Source: a virus (taxonomy: Duplodnaviria > Caudoviricetes). Taken from it: a stretch of 64,000 nucleotides of DNA. The stretch spans positions 1-64,000 of IMG/VR virus record IMGVR_UViG_3300031992_000031; one strand, given 5' to 3'. Each line of letters starts with the position of its first letter. The stretch's first letter is position 1. Positions 12,385-25,347 of this stretch are shown piece after piece. The translations under genes and the position numbers were made by a program. The notes beneath the pieces are model-generated. The model was given only the letters and a program-made list of their open reading frames with translations. It made no database searches and was not told the DNA's origin.

Positions 12385-12759
12385 ATGATTAGACTAATTC
12401 AAAGACGTTTAATTATTCCGCAAGGAGATACGGGTACTTTTACAATTCCTACTCAGGGGACTGTTGGAGCCAATGATATAGCTATACTTTCAATCTATGA
12501 TAACTTAACACATCAAACAGTTTTAGAGAAAAAAATAAATGCGACTTCAGAAACTTTAACCTTTAATTTTCTGTCAGAAGACACATTAAATATAGAACCA
12601 GATGATAGAGGATACCGTTATACGTGGGACATAACAATTTTACGTAATCCCGAGTATGATGAAAATGAAGAACTTATACACGCAGATGATATTGATTCAT
12701 ATTATGCCGCATTTGGTTTACCATCATGTGTAATAAAGAGGGTGACGCGAAATGTATAA
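12385..12759 (+). CDS. Phage structural protein (BppU N-terminal-like)
   Basis: IPQGDTGTFTI...EDT..I...YTWDI motif. Confidence 0.55.
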   Translation: MIRLIQRRLIIPQGDTGTFTIPTQGTVGANDIAILSIYDNLTHQTVLEKKINATSETLTFNFLSEDTLNIEPDDRGYRYTWDITILRNPEYDENEELIHADDIDSYYAAFGLPSCVIKRVTRNV

Positions 12760-13231
12760 AAGCAACAGGACGCGTACACGCGACCTACTGCTTGAATACG
12801 ATCTTCGTATCATGCCTCCACGGCCGCGTGCCGCAGGATTATCAATGGTCTATCCTTGGCTAAATAGTAATGCTGAATCTGAGGGATGGATAAATATTCC
12901 TCCAATACCTAACACGCCAGAATTTCAAGTCGTTTACCCTTGGGAATCTGTTGGTTTAAGTATTCTTGGAGATTAGATTTATATGTTAGCTGCGCAAAGC
13001 GGTTATCATGGTACTCGTGAAGAGTTCCATCATTATTTTGGTTCCTATCTCGAAAACAATCGTTGGGAAATTATGTTTGATGAATTCTCTAATTTCCCTG
13101 AAGTTGGCGAGATAGATAAATTATATTTTGATTTAGATGAAAAAATATTGTATTATTGGGCGGGCAATGGATATACTCCAGTTAATGCTATGTTAATCGC
13201 TCATACTATTCTTGATGGAGGTGACGCTTAA
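12752..13231 (+). CDS. Phage structural protein; TAG=Gln
   Basis: ORFs 12752 and 12983 joined across TAG; FPEVGEIDKLY motif. Confidence 0.65.
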
Positions 13232-13968
13232 TGCCAACAATAAATAGAGTTGACGCAACTATACTTATTAGAAGTGCGCTAAAAGCCAATTGGACTACAC
13301 GAAATCCAATACTTCAATAGGGCGAATATGGGCTTGAAAGCGACACCCTCTTAATTAAAATTGGTGATGGCGTTCGTGATTGGTAGCATTTACCTTATTT
13401 AAATAAATTAGATTCTAAATACTTTGAAAAAATTTCTGAAGATGGTACTGTTACTTTTAGTGATGAATTTAAAAATTTAATCGCGACATTAGAAGCAGCC
13501 GCAGGATAGGCAATTGAACATTTAACAATTACAGATCCGCCTGTAAATGATACAGATGTGCCAAATAAAAAATATGTTGATGATGCTATCGCAGCGGCTG
13601 GTCATTTAAAGCGTGAAATCGTTTAGACATTACCTTCAGCAAGCACGGCCGACCCAAATACTTTATATATGGTATTGGCGCAATCTGGTGACCATTATGA
13701 AGAATATATGGTAATTAATGGCGTATGGGATATGGTAGGTAGTACAGGTGATGGCGGCGCTGGCGGTTTTACACTAGAAATTGCTACTGACTCGCGCTTA
13801 GGTGGAGTTAAATCTGCCCCTTTGGATAATGAAGGAAAAGTTAGAAAAGATGATGATTATATTGTAGTTAATAGTACAACAGGATTTATGACATTAAATC
13901 AAGTCTCGACCTCTTTATTATATGTCCCTACTGGAGATACCTTAATTCTCTATGGAGGCACGGCATAA
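13231..13968 (+). CDS. Tail fibre protein with hyaluronidase/Mtd-type N-terminal domain; TAG=Gln
   Basis: WTTRNPILQ(Q)GEYGLESDT..IKIGDG...LPY motif. Confidence 0.75.
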
Positions 13969-13983
13969 TTGGGGGTGAGTTAA

Positions 13984-15783
13984 ATGGCGGATAATACTTT
14001 AAATACACGTATATTATTACGTTATGATACTTATAATAATTGGATGAATAGTGATGTCATCTTATTACCTGGTGAAGCCGCGATTGCTGCGTTTCCAGAC
14101 CCAGATACCACTAAACCGCCACGTGCGGTTGGCATTAAAATGGGTGATGGGCAACACTATTTTGAAGAATTACCTTGGATTTAGGCTATCGCAGCGGATG
14201 TATACAATTGGGCTAAAGAAATTGATAAACCAGCATATTAGGCTACGGAAATTATAGGATTAGCCGAATACATCGCAGCGCATTCAGGCGGTAGCGGTGG
14301 TGGAGGCGGTGGCGCTGGAAGTGGTATATACCGTATTATCTATGATGCCGCTTCTTCCAAATATCTATTACAATAGTATAATGAAGATACTGGAGAATGG
14401 GAAAGTACCACAAGTGAAATTGATTTATCATCAATATTAAATCGTTTAAACACAATAGAGCGCTGGGCTAATGGCGCGGTGACTGGCCTTGGCGCAATCG
14501 AATTACCAATTTCTGGTATAGTATATGATGAAGTCGTAGGCTATATGAATCGGTTAGATGTTAATGATTTAGCTGTACCTCATGAATTTGTAACATCAGT
14601 TGAATAGTCAGATGGACGTATTTCTGTTACACGTTCAATTATTACGGCAGCAGATATTACATCTGGAGTATTTCAAACTTCATAGGGTGGTACCGGATTA
14701 ACTAGAGTAGAAGAGGATGAGGTACTAATCGGTAGTCAAGATGGCACTATTACTACTCGTACCTTCGTTACTTATCTTGATCCATCTGACCGTAATAGCT
14801 TTGCTACTTCCGGCGCAATTATGGATTATATAGCAGAAGAAACAGCTGGTCTAACTGGCGCGATGCACTTTATAGGAGAATCTTCTGTTATTATTGATGG
14901 GTCTGCTAATAGTAGAGTGGATCCACAAATTCCAGGATATAATTTTAGAAATGCTCAGCCAGGTGACGTTATTCTTGCTGGTAATGCGCAAGAGTACGTA
15001 TGGACTGGATCTAATTGGCGTCTATTAGGCGATGAAGGCTCATACGCAGTTAAAGGCAGTATTGTTAATGCTGATATTTCTGAAAACGCCGCGATTTCTC
15101 AATCTAAAATAGATGGATTGGCTGACTCTTTTAATGAAAAAGTAGATAAAGTAGAAGGTAAATAGTTATCATCAAATGATTATACAGATGATGAAAAAAC
15201 TAAATTAAGTGAAATTGAAGATGGCGCATAGGTTAATACTATTGAACATATAACAGTAAATGATACAGAGGTATTGTCTGACGCAAATAAGACGATTAAC
15301 TTAGATATACCAACATTTACGGATGAACAAATCGAAACAATTAATACTGCTCAGCCTAATGTTATTGAACATGTATTTGTAAATGGCGTTGAAGTTCCTC
15401 CTACTACCATAAATGAACAAACTAAATCGGTAGGTATTACTTTTACTCCATTCACTTAGGAAGAAAAAGATAAACTACATGATATTGAGGCTGGGGCAGA
15501 AGTAAATAAAATAGAAACTATCAGTTTTAATGGCGGTGACCCCATTAGTCCAGATGCTAATAAAAATGTAGATATTACTATTGATCCTGCCGCTTTACAT
15601 TTAAATGTTCTTGAGGGCGCTCGTTATCCGAGTGGAAATACATATGTCGATATTGAAAAAGACCCAACAAATAAAAAATTAGAATTGAGTAAAGTTGCCG
15701 CCACTGGTAATATTAATGATTTAATTCAAACTTCTGGTACTTTTGTTATTTTTAATTGTGGAAGTAGTACTGAAGTAATTTAA
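13984..15783 (+). CDS. Tail fibre protein; TAG=Gln
   Basis: ORFs 13984, 14821 and 15274 in one frame; KVDKVEGK(Q)LSSNDYT..EK.KL motif. Confidence 0.8.
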
Positions 15784-15802
15784 AATAAAAGGAGGAATTT
15801 AT

Positions 15803-16324
15803 ATGCCAGAATTTAAAACTAGAATATAGTTAAAAAGTGATACTGAAGAAAATTGGAAAATACTAAATAATTCTAGTACTAGTGGCTTTATTCCATTATC
15901 AGGAGAATTAATTATTTATGCCGCGGATAATACTCATTCATATTGTAGATTAAAAATAGGAGATGGTTCTACAAATGTAGTAGCACTTCCTTTTATAGAT
16001 GCCGGAACAATTAATGGCGAAGAAACTGAAATAGTTAAATTAAATAGCATTAATAATAGGCCACAGCCAGGATCACCGGATAAATTATATGTAGATTTAG
16101 CTACTAATAAAATATATCATTATGATCCCAATAGTGGTTATTCACAATTATCAAATTTTACTTATAGTGTTACAAAAACAGAGGTATCCAAAATTAATCG
16201 TTGGAGTTCTGGAATTATGACTAATATTTCAATAGACGGAAATATATTAAAAGTAATTAATGGCGCTTTACCAGAATTATCATATTATGATACTTAGGCG
16301 GTAAGCGAGATTACAAAGGAGTGA
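15803..16324 (+). CDS. Tail fibre protein with hyaluronidase-type N-terminal domain; TAG=Gln
   Basis: RI(Q)LKSDTEENW...GELIIY...LKIGDG...LPF. Confidence 0.7.
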
Positions 16325-16329
16325 TATAA

Positions 16330-17316
16330 ATGGGATATGTTGGAAAAATATAGATTGGTAATGATAGTACCAATTTAATCGCATTTGGCGATGTATTATA
16401 TGGTATATGTAGGACTCCTGCTGCTACCGCCGCGAAAACTGTAGTAAATAATACTTCCTATACAGACTTTCCTGCGGGTTTTCAAAACCTAATGGATGGA
16501 ATTTAGGTAAGAATTAAATTTACAAATGGAAACACAGTTGCCACTGGAGTTTCATTACAAATTTTAAGTACTAACGCGATACCAGTACAAGGAGATTGCC
16601 GCTGTAGTGAAGATGAAATAATATGTTTTACTTTTGAAGAGAATCCAAATGAAACTTCATGCTGGCGTGTTACTAGTGGTGGTCTTAGTAGTACTATTTA
16701 GGATTACGTAAATACCGCAGTTGGCTAGATGGCTGGAGCAGTTGATAGCATGGTATTTAAAGGTACTATTGGTACCGGTGGTAATCCAGGAATATTACCA
16801 ACTAATAATTATAAAAAAGGTTGGACTTATAGAATTATTGCTGCTGGTACTTATGGCGGATAGACATGCGAAGTCGGTGATTTAATTATTGCTATTAATG
16901 ATGGACCGGCCACTGGTTCTAGTATAATCAATAATGATTGGACGGTAGCGCAAACAAACATTGACGGCGCTGTTACTGGACCAGTTTCTTCCACAGAAAA
17001 TCATATAGCAGTATATGATGGAACCACAGGAAAGGTTATAAAGGATAGCGGCTTTACCATTGAGACTAGTGTTCCAGCTAACGCAGTATTTACTGATGAA
17101 AATACTTCATATTAGTATTCTCTTACCAACACATAGACTACGAATGCTTATACTGGAACAACTACATATGATTCAAGCAGCGCAACTTCAAAAGTCTTGG
17201 TATCGGCTTCTAATGGAGTATTACATCTAGAAGAAGGAATTACATTCACAACAACCGCCGCGATGACTTCTACGACTTTAAGTGAAAGCGCGGTTGCTGG
17301 TCCCTCAGTTGTATAA
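16330..17316 (+). CDS. Tail fibre protein; TAG=Gln
   Basis: Continuous frame apart from TAG; AMVFKGTIG...EVGDLIIA...WTVAQTNIDGAV motif. Confidence 0.7.
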
Positions 17317-17329
17317 GGAGGTGAGCTAA

Positions 17330-18019
17330 GTGGCTCAGGCGATTAGCGGTTTTATTGATAGAATTCAAATTGGTAGTGATGAAGCTCACCAAATAGCTAT
17401 TGGTTCTTCTGCTTATGGGGTTTGTTCAACTGAAGCTAATGAATCAGCAAAAACAGTAGATATAGCTGGATTTGTATTAAATTTAGGTACTACTATACAT
17501 GTTAAATTTACTTATACTAATACCGCAATCAGCCCCACTTTAAATGTAAATAATACTGGCGCGAAAGGTATAGTTATTTATGGTTTGACTTCAAGTGGTA
17601 CTAATGGATATTTTACTGGTTGGCAAGCAGGAGCAATTTTAACTTTAACATATGATGGTACAAACTGGGTTCGTAATCAAAGTTTTAATGAATTAGAAAT
17701 TCCTAGTTTAATTGTTAAAACCACTGCGGAATGGCAATCAATGTAGTCATATATTCCACCAAAAGATACAATTCTTGTTTATAGTGATTATGGAACTCTT
17801 ACTGTTAATGGACATAATTATGATGTTCCAGGAATTAAAATAGCAGATGGCTTAGCATATGGATTAGATTAGCCATTTGTAGGAGAAGATGTAAAACAGT
17901 AGGTATTAAATCATATAAATGATACAACGCGGCATGTTACCGTGGAAGAAAAAACATTTTGGAATAATAAATTAAATTGTGATATCAATGGTGAAGTATT
18001 GATATTTAATCGTACATGA
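17330..18019 (+). CDS. Tail fibre protein; TAG=Gln
   Basis: YGVCST...KTV...PTLNVNNTGAK...TYDGTNW motif; continues to TGA at 18017. Confidence 0.7.
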
Positions 18020-18033
18020 GGAAGTGATTTTAA

Positions 18034-18924
18034 ATGGCAGATATTTCTCAAATTACATTACCATCTGGTACTACTTATGATATAAAAGATACTGTGGCTC
18101 GTGCTGGTGTTAGTAGTGGTGGTACATTTGTTATTGCTTGGGCTGGTAATAGTGCGCCAACTGTAGCTAATATACCAAAAGATGTAGTTGTTAGATATGG
18201 TAATACTGATTATACAGGAACAAAGGTAGCCTCAGCTAATGATTTAAAAAAGTTTTTTTTAGTCGCTGCGAAGGACTAGGGAGATAATTAGGAAACATTA
18301 GATATCTATGATGAATATGTTGTTATAGATAATGGAGAAGGCGTAAATCCACGTTATACTTGGGAAAAAATTGGCGATACCCAGATTAAACTAACGGCAA
18401 TGGTAACGGGAGTTACTTTAAATAAATAGTCAACCGATTTTGTGACTAGTTATAGTGATCCGGGTAGTGCTACATTCTTGAAAAAAGTTACTGCTAATAC
18501 AACTAAATTAGCAACGACTACAATTACTGGTGTTAGCGGCTCTACTACCGCCTCAAAAGTTTCTGATTTAACAGATTAGACAACTGTAAGTGGTTTTACT
18601 AGTGATACGTCTACTAATGCCTTTTTAAAGGGGTGGAGTGTAACTAATGAAGTTTTAACAATTGGCGGCGCGGCCGCTTCTACTTAGACTACTAAACAAA
18701 TTAAAATTGATAATGATGTAACAGTGCCTAAGGCCGCGAGTAGTGCCACTAGAGTAGCTACTGGAGGCTTAAATTCTGACGATAGCAATGGTAGTACAAT
18801 TGCTACAGGAGTTACAATTAGTGGTTCTGGTTATACTGGAACAGCATTAACAAGCCTCGGTACAAGAAACACAAGTAAAGGATTGAATGAAAGTACATCA
18901 ATTACTGTAAGTCATCCAAGTTAA
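18034..18924 (+). CDS. Tail fibre protein; TAG=Gln
   Basis: MADISQITLPSGTTYDIKD start; ORFs 18034 and 18724 in frame. Confidence 0.7.
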
Positions 18925-18939
18925 TGGAGGTGAAAACTA

Positions 18940-21237
18940 ATGGCAGATTATATTAGCCAAATTACACTTCCAGATTAGAGTACATATGATTTAAAAGACC
19001 AAAATGCTACACATTTTAAAGGAGTTGCTGTACGCAATGATTTAGCTAATGATAGCATTATTGATCCTTTTGATTCTTCTGTCAATCCTAGACATTATGC
19101 TGGAGAATAGGGAGATATAGTTTTAGATAGTTAGGGGTCGCGCGAATATATATGGGATGGCAGTTCATGGAGAATATTCGGCTTTTATATATCTCAAGCC
19201 TATGATTCTAGTTCATTAACTGCCACAGAACTTGATGATAATGATGACTATAGCTGGGTTTCTGATATAGAGCAAGATAATGATGGAACTGTATCAGTCA
19301 CAAAAACATACATTAATATATTACCAATTTCTCATGGCGGCACAGGAAATAATTTATTTGAAAAAAATCAAGTAATTATATCGAATAATCCTAATTCAGG
19401 AACTGCCGCAACTTCATTAACCTCACGCGCTTACGCAGATACGCGCAGTGCTAATGCTTTATCTTCTGAAAGTGAAGATTTTGTAACAGAACGGTATATT
19501 TATTATGGACTTCCAACTATAAATGGTAATCATAATTATAATTCTAGCACAACACTATTTGTTCCTATAACAGCAGGTAATAGCAATTCATTGTTAATAT
19601 CTTCTGGTAGTGGTGCCCCAATATGGACAAGTACTGCTTCAATCTCTAACAATAGTAGTACTACTGTTAATCAAAGTGCTATTACAAATTTAACATTGGG
19701 TAATTCTACTAATATTAGTAGCTCTTAGGCACATTCCGAAGGACAAATTACATTATATTCTTCTGGAACCGGTAGTCATACATTAGCTGGAGCTAGTACC
19801 ACTGGAACATCATATATTCATACAATGCCTAATGTTACAGGAACATTTGTACAATTTACTGGAAGCAATGGTGCTGGAGGAACTAATTAGCCCGTATATA
19901 TAACTTCGTCTGGCATCGCAACAGCACTAACATATACTACTAATCGAATATATTATGGCGCGAGTAGTACATCATTTGAAGCTACCAATCATTATATTTC
20001 TTCCAATACAATGTCCATTGGTAGCACTTCCGCCCCGAATACAGGAGTAACTCTTAATATCAATGGAATTACCACGATTAGTAATACAACCAATTCAACC
20101 GCAACTACAAACGGAGCATTAGTAGTTTCCGGTGGAGTGGGAATAGCAAATGCTTTACGAGTAGGTGGAATATTAAATGTAACTGGGGCCGCAACATTAA
20201 ATAGTACATCATAGTTAACTGGTAATGTTGGTATTGGCGGCGCGCCAGATACTGGAACAGGGTCTCATATTTTAAAAATTATTGGCTCAACTTTAATTAG
20301 TACATCTAGTAATAGTATAGCTCATCTTGATATTGGTACTAGTCAAAATAATAGTGCTGAATTAGAGTTTTATCCCGATAGCGATGGAACAGGATATATT
20401 GGAAAAAGTAATAATCGTTGGCGCGCGGGATATTTCAATAATGAATTAGAAATTGGATCTTCTACAAATCAAGTAAATTTAAATGGTAATGGTTCCATAT
20501 TAATAAAACATGGTTCTTCTTCCATTAATTTAGTTACGGTCGAAGGAAATAATGCGAAAGCAGAGATTATTTTAGAAGATACAGTACCAACAATTTCATT
20601 AACATCTACCGCAGCGAATAGTTCAGACTGGTCAATTTATAATTCTTCGGGTAATTTTACAATTACTGATTCTTCTTAGACTGAATTGAAAGGAAATGCT
20701 TAGGGCTTTGATTTAAAACGTAGATTATATATTAATGAAACACAATCTTCTACTATTGGCGCTGGTGATAGTTATACTTTGTATGTTGGCGGCGACTAGT
20801 ATAACGATGGGGATTTATATATACAAGGAGATATTCTTCCCACCGGTACAGCTAGTTTAGGCGCTTCTGGAAATGGAAATCGCTGGAGTGCGGTCTATGT
20901 TGGCACATCAGACCAATATGGAGATGCTTATCAACCAATTTATTGGAATAATGGTGTACCAGCTCCAGTTAGTATGATATTGCGCGCTGCTTTTACTATT
21001 TAGTCTGGAAAATTGGGAGTTGAATTATCAAATGATGCTTTTACTGAAGATAGTTGGGTTGCTCAAATTGTAGTAACATCTGGTGTTGAATATTTAAACA
21101 GCCCAATTAATTATACCACTAGCACTGGGAAAGTTCGATTAACATGTGATGCTGTGGGTGGTTAGGTTAGCGGTTATATATTAGTAATTCGTGGAAGTAA
21201 TATTAGCCCGACTAGTTCACCAATTACTAATATTTGA
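18940..21237 (+). CDS. Long tail fibre/spike protein, Ser/Thr-rich; TAG=Gln
   Basis: Single frame broken only by TAG; includes ORF 20011 (GALVVSGGVGI motif). Confidence 0.7.
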
Positions 21238-21288
21238 CATTTTATAATAAATTATGTTATAATAAAAGAAAAAGGAGGTAATTTTCTT

Positions 21289-21606
21289 ATGAATATTACT
21301 TAGATTTTACTAGGAATTATTATTTTACTAGGCGGCGTAGTTAGCATGTTTGTTATGCCTTATATTCGCGCGCATATGACTGCCGATCAAATCAGTATTC
21401 TTACTGGTATCGCTCAGACGGTTGTATATGCGGCTGAAAAGATTTTTGGCGCGAAAATGGGTGAAGATAAGCTAGCCTATGCTATGAAACTCGCGGCTTC
21501 TCTTCTGAAGAAAAAGGGACTAACCTTTGATGAAGATGTAATCCGTGCTGCGATTGAAGCACAAGTACAGTCTCTTAAATTTGAACAGGCGGCGGTTGAA
21601 GGATGA
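21289..21606 (+). CDS. Holin, LL-H-like; TAG=Gln at codon 5
   Basis: N-terminal TM helix; VYAAEKIFG..GEDKL...IRAAIEAQV. Confidence 0.75.
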
Positions 21607-21875
21607 AAATGTATGTAAAAACTGCCAATGGGGGCACTCTTAATTTAAGAGTGTCTCCTAATGGTGCTGTTATAGCCAAAATTCCTAATAACACATTATT
21701 AGATGTAGAAGTAGATGGAAATTGGGCCAAAACACAATATAGTGGCCATGCTGGTTATGTGATGACAGAATACTTAGTTTCCACCGAAACATCTGCTATT
21801 ACCAAACAACAACTTCAATCTATTTATAATAGTTTGAGTTCAACATTAAAATTAATTGAAGAGGTATTGAAATAA
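21603..21875 (+). CDS. Bacterial SH3 domain protein
   Basis: LNLR.SP...WAK..Y.G..GYVM.EYL. Confidence 0.75.
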   Translation: MKMYVKTANGGTLNLRVSPNGAVIAKIPNNTLLDVEVDGNWAKTQYSGHAGYVMTEYLVSTETSAITKQQLQSIYNSLSSTLKLIEEVLK

Positions 21876-22019
21876 TGGAAGAATTTGGATGTCCATATTG
21901 TTGGGACTCACGAAAGAAAAAAGAAAAAGAATATTTGTGGTTTTTTGACGCAGCCAACAATCTGCGCGAATGCGAATACTGCCCAAAGTGTGGCAGAAAA
22001 TATGGGGAGGAACCAAACA

Positions 22020-22460
22020 ATGAGTAGTTGGAATCAGAACTATAATTCAAATCAAGGCCAAACAAATATGATGACTGGCGGCGCAAGTTTTAGTCCATAT
22101 TGGAATATGACGCCGTCTCCCGCGAATAATTATAGTATGCGTGCTCCTGTATATCATGCTGAGCCTATTCATGGAGAAAATGCTGCTTGGGCATTTCCGA
22201 TTGGTGGTGGCGATATTTGGCTGCCAGATGCTGATAAAGATATAATTTGGTGGATTAAAATTGATCAAAATGGTAATAAACAAGTATTACCGTTTGATGT
22301 AAAGCCACATGAAGAGCCTAAACAGGCCGATATGAATGAAATTCTCGCGCGATTAGGCGCAGTGGAGGAATGGATAAATGGCAAGTCTAGTAAGTCAAAT
22401 GCGAAACGGAATGCAACCGTACCCGCAAACACCCCAGGGACAACTGAATCGGTCAATTGA
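22020..22460 (+). CDS. Hypothetical phage protein
   Basis: GGAGG RBS before ATG 22020, inside ORF 21885. Confidence 0.6.
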   Translation: MSSWNQNYNSNQGQTNMMTGGASFSPYWNMTPSPANNYSMRAPVYHAEPIHGENAAWAFPIGGGDIWLPDADKDIIWWIKIDQNGNKQVLPFDVKPHEEPKQADMNEILARLGAVEEWINGKSSKSNAKRNATVPANTPGTTESVN

Positions 22461-22665
22461 ATAGGTTAAAGGCATGATGCAACAAGTTAAAAATGCCTAG
22501 AATCCGCAAGCAATGCTTGCACAAATATTACAAAACAATCCCAATACTTCTATGATTGCAAATATGCTTTCAAATAATGGTAATTTAGAAGGAATTGCTA
22601 GGCAAATGGCCTAGGCGCGAGGGATTGATATTAATCAATTATTAAAGTAGTTAGGGGGTGTTTAA
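22378..22665 (+). CDS. Gln/Met-rich small protein; TAG=Gln
   Basis: MMQQVKNA(Q)NPQAMLAQ...ARQMA(Q)ARGID; TAGs fall in Q-rich context. Confidence 0.65.
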
Positions 22666-22666
22666 T

Positions 22667-22981
22667 ATGATTAAATTAATATTAAACGATACTCAAGAAT
22701 TTGAAATTATAAGTTATTCTAGAACGGTATATTTACGTGATAATGACTTAACCGCTAAAAATACTGGTTATTGTGTTGTTTTATCAGAATTAGAACCATT
22801 GATGGAATTTGTAAATGTAACTATTACATCTTTTAAAATTTATCATGATGAAGAACTAATATATGATATATCTGATACAGAAATTTATATTAGCACAATT
22901 ACCGAATAGTTAAATAATAATAAAATTGAAGTAAGTGTAGGATTTTTATTTCCTGAATATTTGACTTCGGATGAAAATTGA
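22667..22981 (+). CDS. Hypothetical protein; TAG=Gln
   Basis: ORF 22658 extended through TAG to TGA. Confidence 0.55.
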
Positions 22982-22989
22982 GATATAAT
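22961..22989 (+). promoter_or_regulatory. Sigma-A promoter upstream of the suppressor tRNA/YcaO region
   Basis: TTGACT-17-TATAAT. Confidence 0.65.
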
Positions 22990-23059
22990 ATAAGTAGAAA
23001 ATGAGAGTAAGGAATCTCATTTCTAAATAAAATTTCATAACATAAGGAGGTTATGAGGT

Positions 23060-23401
23060 ATGATTAAAATTTATTCTGACAAAACCAATAAGTTCTATAA
23101 TTCAGTTGAGGAAGCAAACCGTGCTGAATTTGAACTAAAAGAAAAGGAGAATCGTGAAAAGATTCAGAAAGAGCGCGAACTCGCTCTTGCAAAGGAGCAG
23201 AAAGAAAAGGCACTAGCAGAGCGTAAGGCTGCGGCTGAAGTGGTTGAGGCAGCCCGTAAGCAGTATGGCGAAGCACAAAAAGCTTACCGTAAGGCTTTGG
23301 AAGATTTCTGTGAAAAATATGGTACATATCATTATAGCACCAACAATGCTGATGATGTACCTTCCCTTTTCGATTGGTTTGGAAACCTATTTAAATTTTA
23401 A
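23060..23401 (+). CDS. Coiled-coil hypothetical protein
   Basis: AAGGAGG RBS; E/K/A-rich helix. Confidence 0.75.
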   Translation: MIKIYSDKTNKFYNSVEEANRAEFELKEKENREKIQKERELALAKEQKEKALAERKAAAEVVEAARKQYGEAQKAYRKALEDFCEKYGTYHYSTNNADDVPSLFDWFGNLFKF

Positions 23402-23444
23402 GTAAAATGGCTTAGGGACTGAGCCTATCAGTCCTTCTTTATAT

Positions 23445-23532
23445 AGCCCCGCGGTCCGTGGCGGACAGACGGTCTCTAAAACCGTGGCCTCTGAAGCAAA
23501 CGAAGTAGGTTCGATTCCTACCGGGGCTGCCA
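23445..23532 (+). tRNA. Amber suppressor tRNA, anticodon CUA (probably Gln)
   Basis: AGCCCCG/CGGGGCT acceptor + G-CCA; ACGGT-CTCTAAA-ACCGT anticodon arm; GTAGG-TTCGATT-CCTAC T arm. Confidence 0.85.
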
Positions 23533-23556
23533 ACTATTTTATTGGAGGAAAACCAC

Positions 23557-25326
23557 ATGGCCGATTTATCGACGCATTATAAAGAACGAACACCAGAACA
23601 AACTATTGAAATTATTTAGCAATTTTTTAAAGATAAAGGTTTTATATTAAAAGAATCTGATATTAATTAGACCGAAGCTGGTACTTGGTATAATCATGTT
23701 GATATTTTTTAGGGAGACGTATTAATTGGCGGTGCTAATGGAAAAGGCGTTAGTAGAGAGTATGCTCGTGCCAGCGGCCACGCTGAACTATATGAACGCT
23801 TTTGTAATAATATGTTCTTTTTAGCAAACCCATATTGGAATAAAACATTTATGGACGCCGTAGAAGATAGAGGCTATTATTTTGATAAAAATGAAAAATT
23901 TTTAACTGAAGATGAACTCTATCATAGCTGTAAACACGCTGAAAAATGGTTGTCCTTCTTTTCGGGTAATAATCCTTTATTATTATCAACAATGTTAAAA
24001 TATATTACGAATGGAAAAGGTATAGGAGTGCCAGCGAAAACTCTAGATGGAGAAATTGGATTGTATATTGATCCGCGTCTACTGATTAGACTTACACATT
24101 CAATTGGAATGTCAGCTGGTAATACAGTAAATGAAGCACTCGTGTAGGGTTTATCTGAATTAGTTGAAAAAGAAGCATTTAATCAATTCTTACAAAATAT
24201 GGGCGGTTCATATACAGCTATTAATATTGACAAAATTACTGATCCAGTATTAAGACCAATTATTGATAATATTCAAAAAATAGGTTATAAACTTTATTTA
24301 ATTGATTTGTCTTGTAATTTTAATGTACCTACTTTAATGTCAATTTTAATTGATGAGAATAAAGGACTTTTAAATATTAACTTTGGTTCTTTTCCAGTAT
24401 TTGAAATCGCCGCGGAGCGAGTCTTAACTGAACTTTATTAGGGAATTAAAAGTTATAAAAGTGCTTTCCATTTAGGCAAAGTATAGAAGCCAAATAAAAT
24501 TGTAGAAAATAGAGAATTATATATTATTTATGGAAATAGTATTGATGGTACTGTATTTAACTATGATTTCTTCAAGAATCTAAAATATAGTGATACGTAT
24601 AATCATGATGTATTTGTAGATAGAAAAGTTTCTAATGAAGAACTAGTTAAATATTATCATAATTTAGAATAGAAATTAAATATTAAATTTTACTATCTTG
24701 ATAATTCTCAATCACCAGATATTAAAGCAATATACTCTTTTATAGACGGAGATAATGTATTTAATAATACTGAGGGATATTATGAAATGAAGAATCCCAT
24801 TGATATGGAAAAAGCGCGCAGATCTCTAATTCGTTTAATGGAATTATAGGATAATATTTATAATAAGACAGAAGTTGATTACGCCGCTTTATCAGATTTA
24901 GTTTTAAATGAATTTAATACATCTGAAGAGGTTTCTAATTGTATAGGTGAAACTGCGGTATGGAATAAAGTTCATATTAATATTATAGCTATTATGAATT
25001 ATGATTTTTTACGTGTTTTATTTGATATAACAAAACAACAATATACTAATATTGAAATCCCATTTTTATATGGCACGATATTTTTAGTTCCTTATCGTAA
25101 ATACATTCAGCTTATTTATTATAAGGTAACACAAAAATATGATGATGATGAATTATACTATATTTTTAATGATATTTATCATTATAATATAACTCATGAA
25201 GATATTTATAAATGTCTTTCTTTTTCGTATCTACTAAAAAAGGTTTATGTAGAACCATTAATGAATTATATTAATAGTGAGGATTATAATAATATAATAA
25301 AAGCCTATATAAATTCCTCAGATTAA
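23557..25326 (+). CDS. YcaO-family protein (589 aa); TAG=Gln
   Basis: ORFs 23812, 24199 and 24994 in one frame; NGKGVSREYARASGHAELYER and GMSAGNTVNEALV(Q)GLSELVEK are YcaO ATP-binding signatures. Confidence 0.85.
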
Positions 25327-25347
25327 TATTAATGAGGAGATGATTAT

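Noticed and set aside
1664-22909. Fragmented ORFs as pseudogenes
   Set aside because: All breaks are TAG in a single frame and align with Gln; this is recoding, not decay
23445-23532. Pyrrolysine tRNA
   Set aside because: Long extra region and canonical T loop differ from tRNA-Pyl; no pyl genes here; TAG alternates with CAA/CAG
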